Part shown: positions 60,898 to 64,000 of the stretch, piece after piece
Position numbering within the stretch: the stretch's first letter is position 1
Layout: each line of letters starts with the position of its first letter
Assembly (NCBI GenBank): GCA_000002445.1
Contig: CP000068.1
Coordinates: 1-64,000, forward strand
Source: Trypanosoma brucei
Lineage: Eukaryota
Reading direction: 5' to 3'
Length of the DNA stretch: 64,000 nt
Made by a program: the position numbers and the translations under genes
Notes under the pieces: model-generated
What the model was told of the DNA's origin: nothing
Databases searched by the model: none
The model's input: only the letters and a program-made list of their open reading frames with translations

Positions 60898-62493
60898 TCA
60901 ACCATCTCCTTGCAATGAGTCTTCGTTCTCTCGCCCCCTTTTCACGCGGCAACTACCGCTATCTATGCCATGTATTGTTCTAAGGTGGTGTAATAGTCGG
61001 CCTGGCACTGCGAATTTGGAGGCACAGATGGTACAATGAAGCACCTGCGGTCTCATCGGGACTCGTGTGCTCGATGGTGGAGAAACGATCGCCACCACTG
61101 GAGGGGGCTCCGGGGGGATGTCCACTGCAGGTGTTGCATCGCCGTATTTGATCCTCCGGAGTGCATCAGCTCGCACAAAGCCGTGTTTGTTTACCATATG
61201 CGTTACAGCACTTGAGTGGCATTGGTATGTGGCATCACATTCCGTACATTTGGTCGGTTCGGAGGTTTTATGAAGAATGCGTGTCGCAACAGTTGGGGCT
61301 GTTTGTATTGTTGGTCCTATCGCTGCATGTTGCGGGTTACACCATCGGCACTGTGGAGGCACACTCGGGTTGATCTTTCGCAACATCCATCCATAGTGTC
61401 TTGAAGACCCAACCCGAAAGCGTGCCAGTGCCGTTTCTTCTTCCCTCGTTAGTTCTTCTTTATGTTTTGTTGGAAAGTGGTTGCCCGTGACACCAAACCT
61501 ATGAGTGTTCTCATGGACTTCTTCCGACCTAAGCACTCGCTTCGCATAAGCAATGATGTTGGGGATCCATGTGTCTCGCAACTGTGGCAAATCTGCAGCC
61601 TTTTTGGCCATTTCATCACAAACCTCATTCCGTTTCACGCCACAATGGCCAAACACAAATTGCAGTCTGATACGCAACTTCCTTCTCTGAACTTGAAGCA
61701 GAAGCCTCCATAGTCGTCTCATAATTGGGTCCGTTACTGCTAGGGGGCCTGTCTGCAGTGCTGTTAACATTGACAGCGAGTCAGAGAAGATGGACAACCT
61801 GCTCGGTGTGCTTCTGTATGCCGGAAGCCATTTCAGCAGCGGTTGCAGTCCTATCTCTAATGCTACGCATTCCGCTCTGTAACTGCATGAGAGTTCCCCT
61901 GCTCCTGTCTTAGGTGCACAAATCAGCGTGTTGTTTCTATAGAGCAAGGCAGCTGCTCCGGACTTCTCACCAAGGAACACGGATCCATCAGTCCACAATT
62001 CGTAGTGCTCTCGCCGCGGTGGCTCCTTCCCCCTCCGTGCAAAATGCCGTTCAATCCACTTTTCGGAAGCCTCCCTTTTGAAATCGTCAGGGTCATCAGC
62101 GCACACAGGCTTTATCTGCGTGTGAAATAGCGGTCGGCAGCTGTAGCGGAGCGTCGATGTCCCTAGTGGGTGCTCGCGAGGCTCAATGTGGAGGTGAAGG
62201 TAAGACAGCATGATGCGGGAATGTAAGACTCTGACTGGGTGTTTGGTGTGGTATACTTCCTCAGCACTGCGGTGCAAACATCCGCCTCGTGACTCACGCA
62301 TCAGCATGAATTTCATGCTGTGCACAAGAGTGGCCGTCTTGAGTGGCAGGAGGTTTGCTTCCAGCAGAGAGTCCTCTTTGCGCGTCCCATGCGGTATGCC
62401 AGCTATGATGCGACTGGCTTTGTGTTGTGCTGATGCAAGGAGGTCGCGACTTCGTTCCGAAGCGTCCCAGTACCATACCTCAATGCCATACAT
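60898..62493 (-). pseudogene. ingi copy 2 ORF segment (RNase H and zinc fingers, 531 aa).
   Basis: Near-identical to the C-terminal part of 6863-9412 plus the N-terminal part of 5606-6856. Here this is read in one frame, so the stop that separates those segments in copy 1 is absent. Confidence 0.8.
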
Positions 62494-62789
62494 GGTGTGT
62501 GCCTGTACGAGTGCTAGATAAAAAGCTCTCAGTACTTGTCGTCTTGGCCCCCATGTAGAAGCTGAGATGGCTGCTATCTACAGTAGTCTGAAGTCCATCT
62601 TGCGTCTTGTTTCGGCCGCATGTGTTGCCATCCCCTGCAGACACTGGAATGTTACTCCTAGAAGCTTCGGTGTCCTGTCAGCTCCTATTCTTTCGCCGTC
62701 CAGTTGTAATGTAAGTGGGTGGCGCTCTATACACCCGAAGAGTGTGCACTTTGTTTTCGCTACGTTGACAGACATGAAGTACTCTTTTG

Positions 62790-63872
62790 TCACCATTGTA
62801 ACACTACGTTGTGGCCACATTGCAGTGTGTGGTTGATGACATCCCTCTCTGTGTGCCTCGCAAGTAGCGTTAGGTCATCTGCAAAGAATCCGTGCTGCTG
62901 CAACGACACTTCTTCAAGGCGTTGGCTCAACGAGTTCATGACAATAATGAACATTATCGAACCAGGGACAGTTCCTTGTGGCACTCCTCGCTCAAATGTT
63001 CTGCTGCTGGAAAGCTTCTCCTTGAATCTCACTCTGCCAGTTCGGTTACTCAGAAATGATACGCACCACTTCACAATGTGGGGTGATACCTTCATTCTGT
63101 GCATTTCCCTCGCAATTTTGTCGTGGTCTACTGTATCAAATGCCTTCTCGTAGTCAACGAATACAGCACCCGTACGATGTTGGGGCGTGGGGCGGCAAAG
63201 GGCAGCGCGGACGTGCAGGAGTTGTTCGAGCGTTGACCATCCGGGGCGAAAGCCTGATTGCTGCGGCGTCAGCTGGGACTCAACAGTGTCTCTAAGCCTC
63301 GCGGCAATTATGCGTTCCATGACTTTGCAGAGACAGCTCGTGAGCGTCACAGGCCTGTAAGAATCGAGGTCCTCCTCCTTTTTTCCGGCCTTCAGGATGG
63401 GAATGATAACACCAGTCTTCCATGCAAATGGCACGACTCCCGTTCGTAGGCTCTCATTGAATAGCCTCAGAACAACATCCAGCGCTGTTCTGCCGAGATG
63501 TTGTATTGCCTCGTTGTATAAGCAATCAGGTCCGGCTGCGGATCCACTCGGTAGCAGTTTGATCGATCTCCGTAGTTCAGCCATCGTGATGGGACTGAAC
63601 TCACTCGCTATCGTCTTTATTGGTGCCGGTGGGTGTGAGTCGGGGTGCCTTCTTGCGCGGGACGAGTGCAGTTTACTGAACCTCTCAGCTTGACGGTAGT
63701 CCGTGATGGCCGCGTTATCAACAAGTACAGCCGGTGTGGTTAGTGGTCGTGGCGCATATACCTTCTTGACAATGTGCCAACTGCAGCGGTCTGACACCGC
63801 AAGTCTGGAGCATAGCGTGCTCCATCTCTTCTTTGTGGTACAGTCCAGGATCTGCTTACGCGTGGCTACCAA
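62790..63872 (-). pseudogene. ingi copy 2 ORF segment (reverse transcriptase, 360 aa).
   Basis: Contains GVPQGTVPGSIMF and HGFFADDLTLLA. Homologous to the RT part of copy 1. Confidence 0.8.
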
Positions 63873-64000
63873 CTTTTCCCTTCGGTGGGAGGGTCCGCAT
63901 CCAGCGATCTCTTCATCGAGTTTCGCGAGCGCAGGTGTCCAATGTGGTGGCGTTGCTCTGCAGCCACGGGGGACGGAGACCTTCGTCGCAATGCGGATGG

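Larger units (their letters stand above)
59822..64000 (-). mobile_element. ingi: ingi retrotransposon copy 2, 3' ~4.2 kb. The 5' end lies beyond the window. Same orientation as copy 1.
   Basis: Highly similar to 5163-9340 throughout. ORF segments 60265-60774 (ZnF C-terminus), 60898-62493 (RNase H/ZnF) and 62790-63872 (RT, FADD). The frame disruptions are at different places from copy 1. Confidence 0.9.

Noticed and set aside
1-64000. Prokaryotic-type systems such as CRISPR arrays, operons, defence islands and terminators.
   Set aside because: The sequence is kinetoplastid nuclear DNA, with ingi, VSG and 70-bp repeats. No direct-repeat/spacer architecture or bacterial gene signatures are present.

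Overview
This window looks like a Trypanosoma brucei-type subtelomeric region. That identification rests on recognised kinetoplastid sequence families only; no search was possible. The window has three parts.

(1) Positions ~900-16,200 are a minus-strand cluster. It contains a tandemly duplicated two-gene unit. Each unit has a low-complexity acidic ORF with a signal peptide and a ~340-aa protein carrying a signal peptide and a GPI-anchor signal, which resembles the ESAG surface-protein families. A nearly full-length ingi non-LTR retrotransposon (5163-10418, minus strand) sits between the two units. Its Pr77-like 5' end is intact. It carries AP-endonuclease, reverse-transcriptase/RNase H and C2H2 zinc-finger ORF segments, separated by two frame disruptions.

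(2) Positions ~16,200-35,300 are about 19 kb with no ORF longer than ~270 aa. The one convincing ORF is a plus-strand acidic secreted/GPI-like ORF at 25865-26680. The region also has a GC-richer island at ~22.6-24.6 kb and a few microsatellites. It probably contains the strand switch.

(3) Positions ~35,300-59,825 are a plus-strand array of seven VSG cassettes, each preceded by 70-bp-type repeats with TAA/TGA triplet tracts. One VSG is intact (50401-51924, 507 aa, with signal peptide, C-terminal domain, GPI signal and the 3'UTR 16-mer). Five are frameshifted or fragmented pseudogenes. The last (58596-59825) is cut off exactly at its C-terminal-domain boundary by a second ingi copy (59822 to the window end, minus strand). 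A degenerate fossil telomere follows VSG 6. It has TTAGGG-like repeats at 55494-55841 and an inverted CCCTAA block at 55955-55966. An imperfect ~740-bp repeat with a conserved ~100-aa ORF lies upstream of two of the VSGs.

No rRNA, tRNA, spliced-leader, CRISPR or prokaryotic features were seen.
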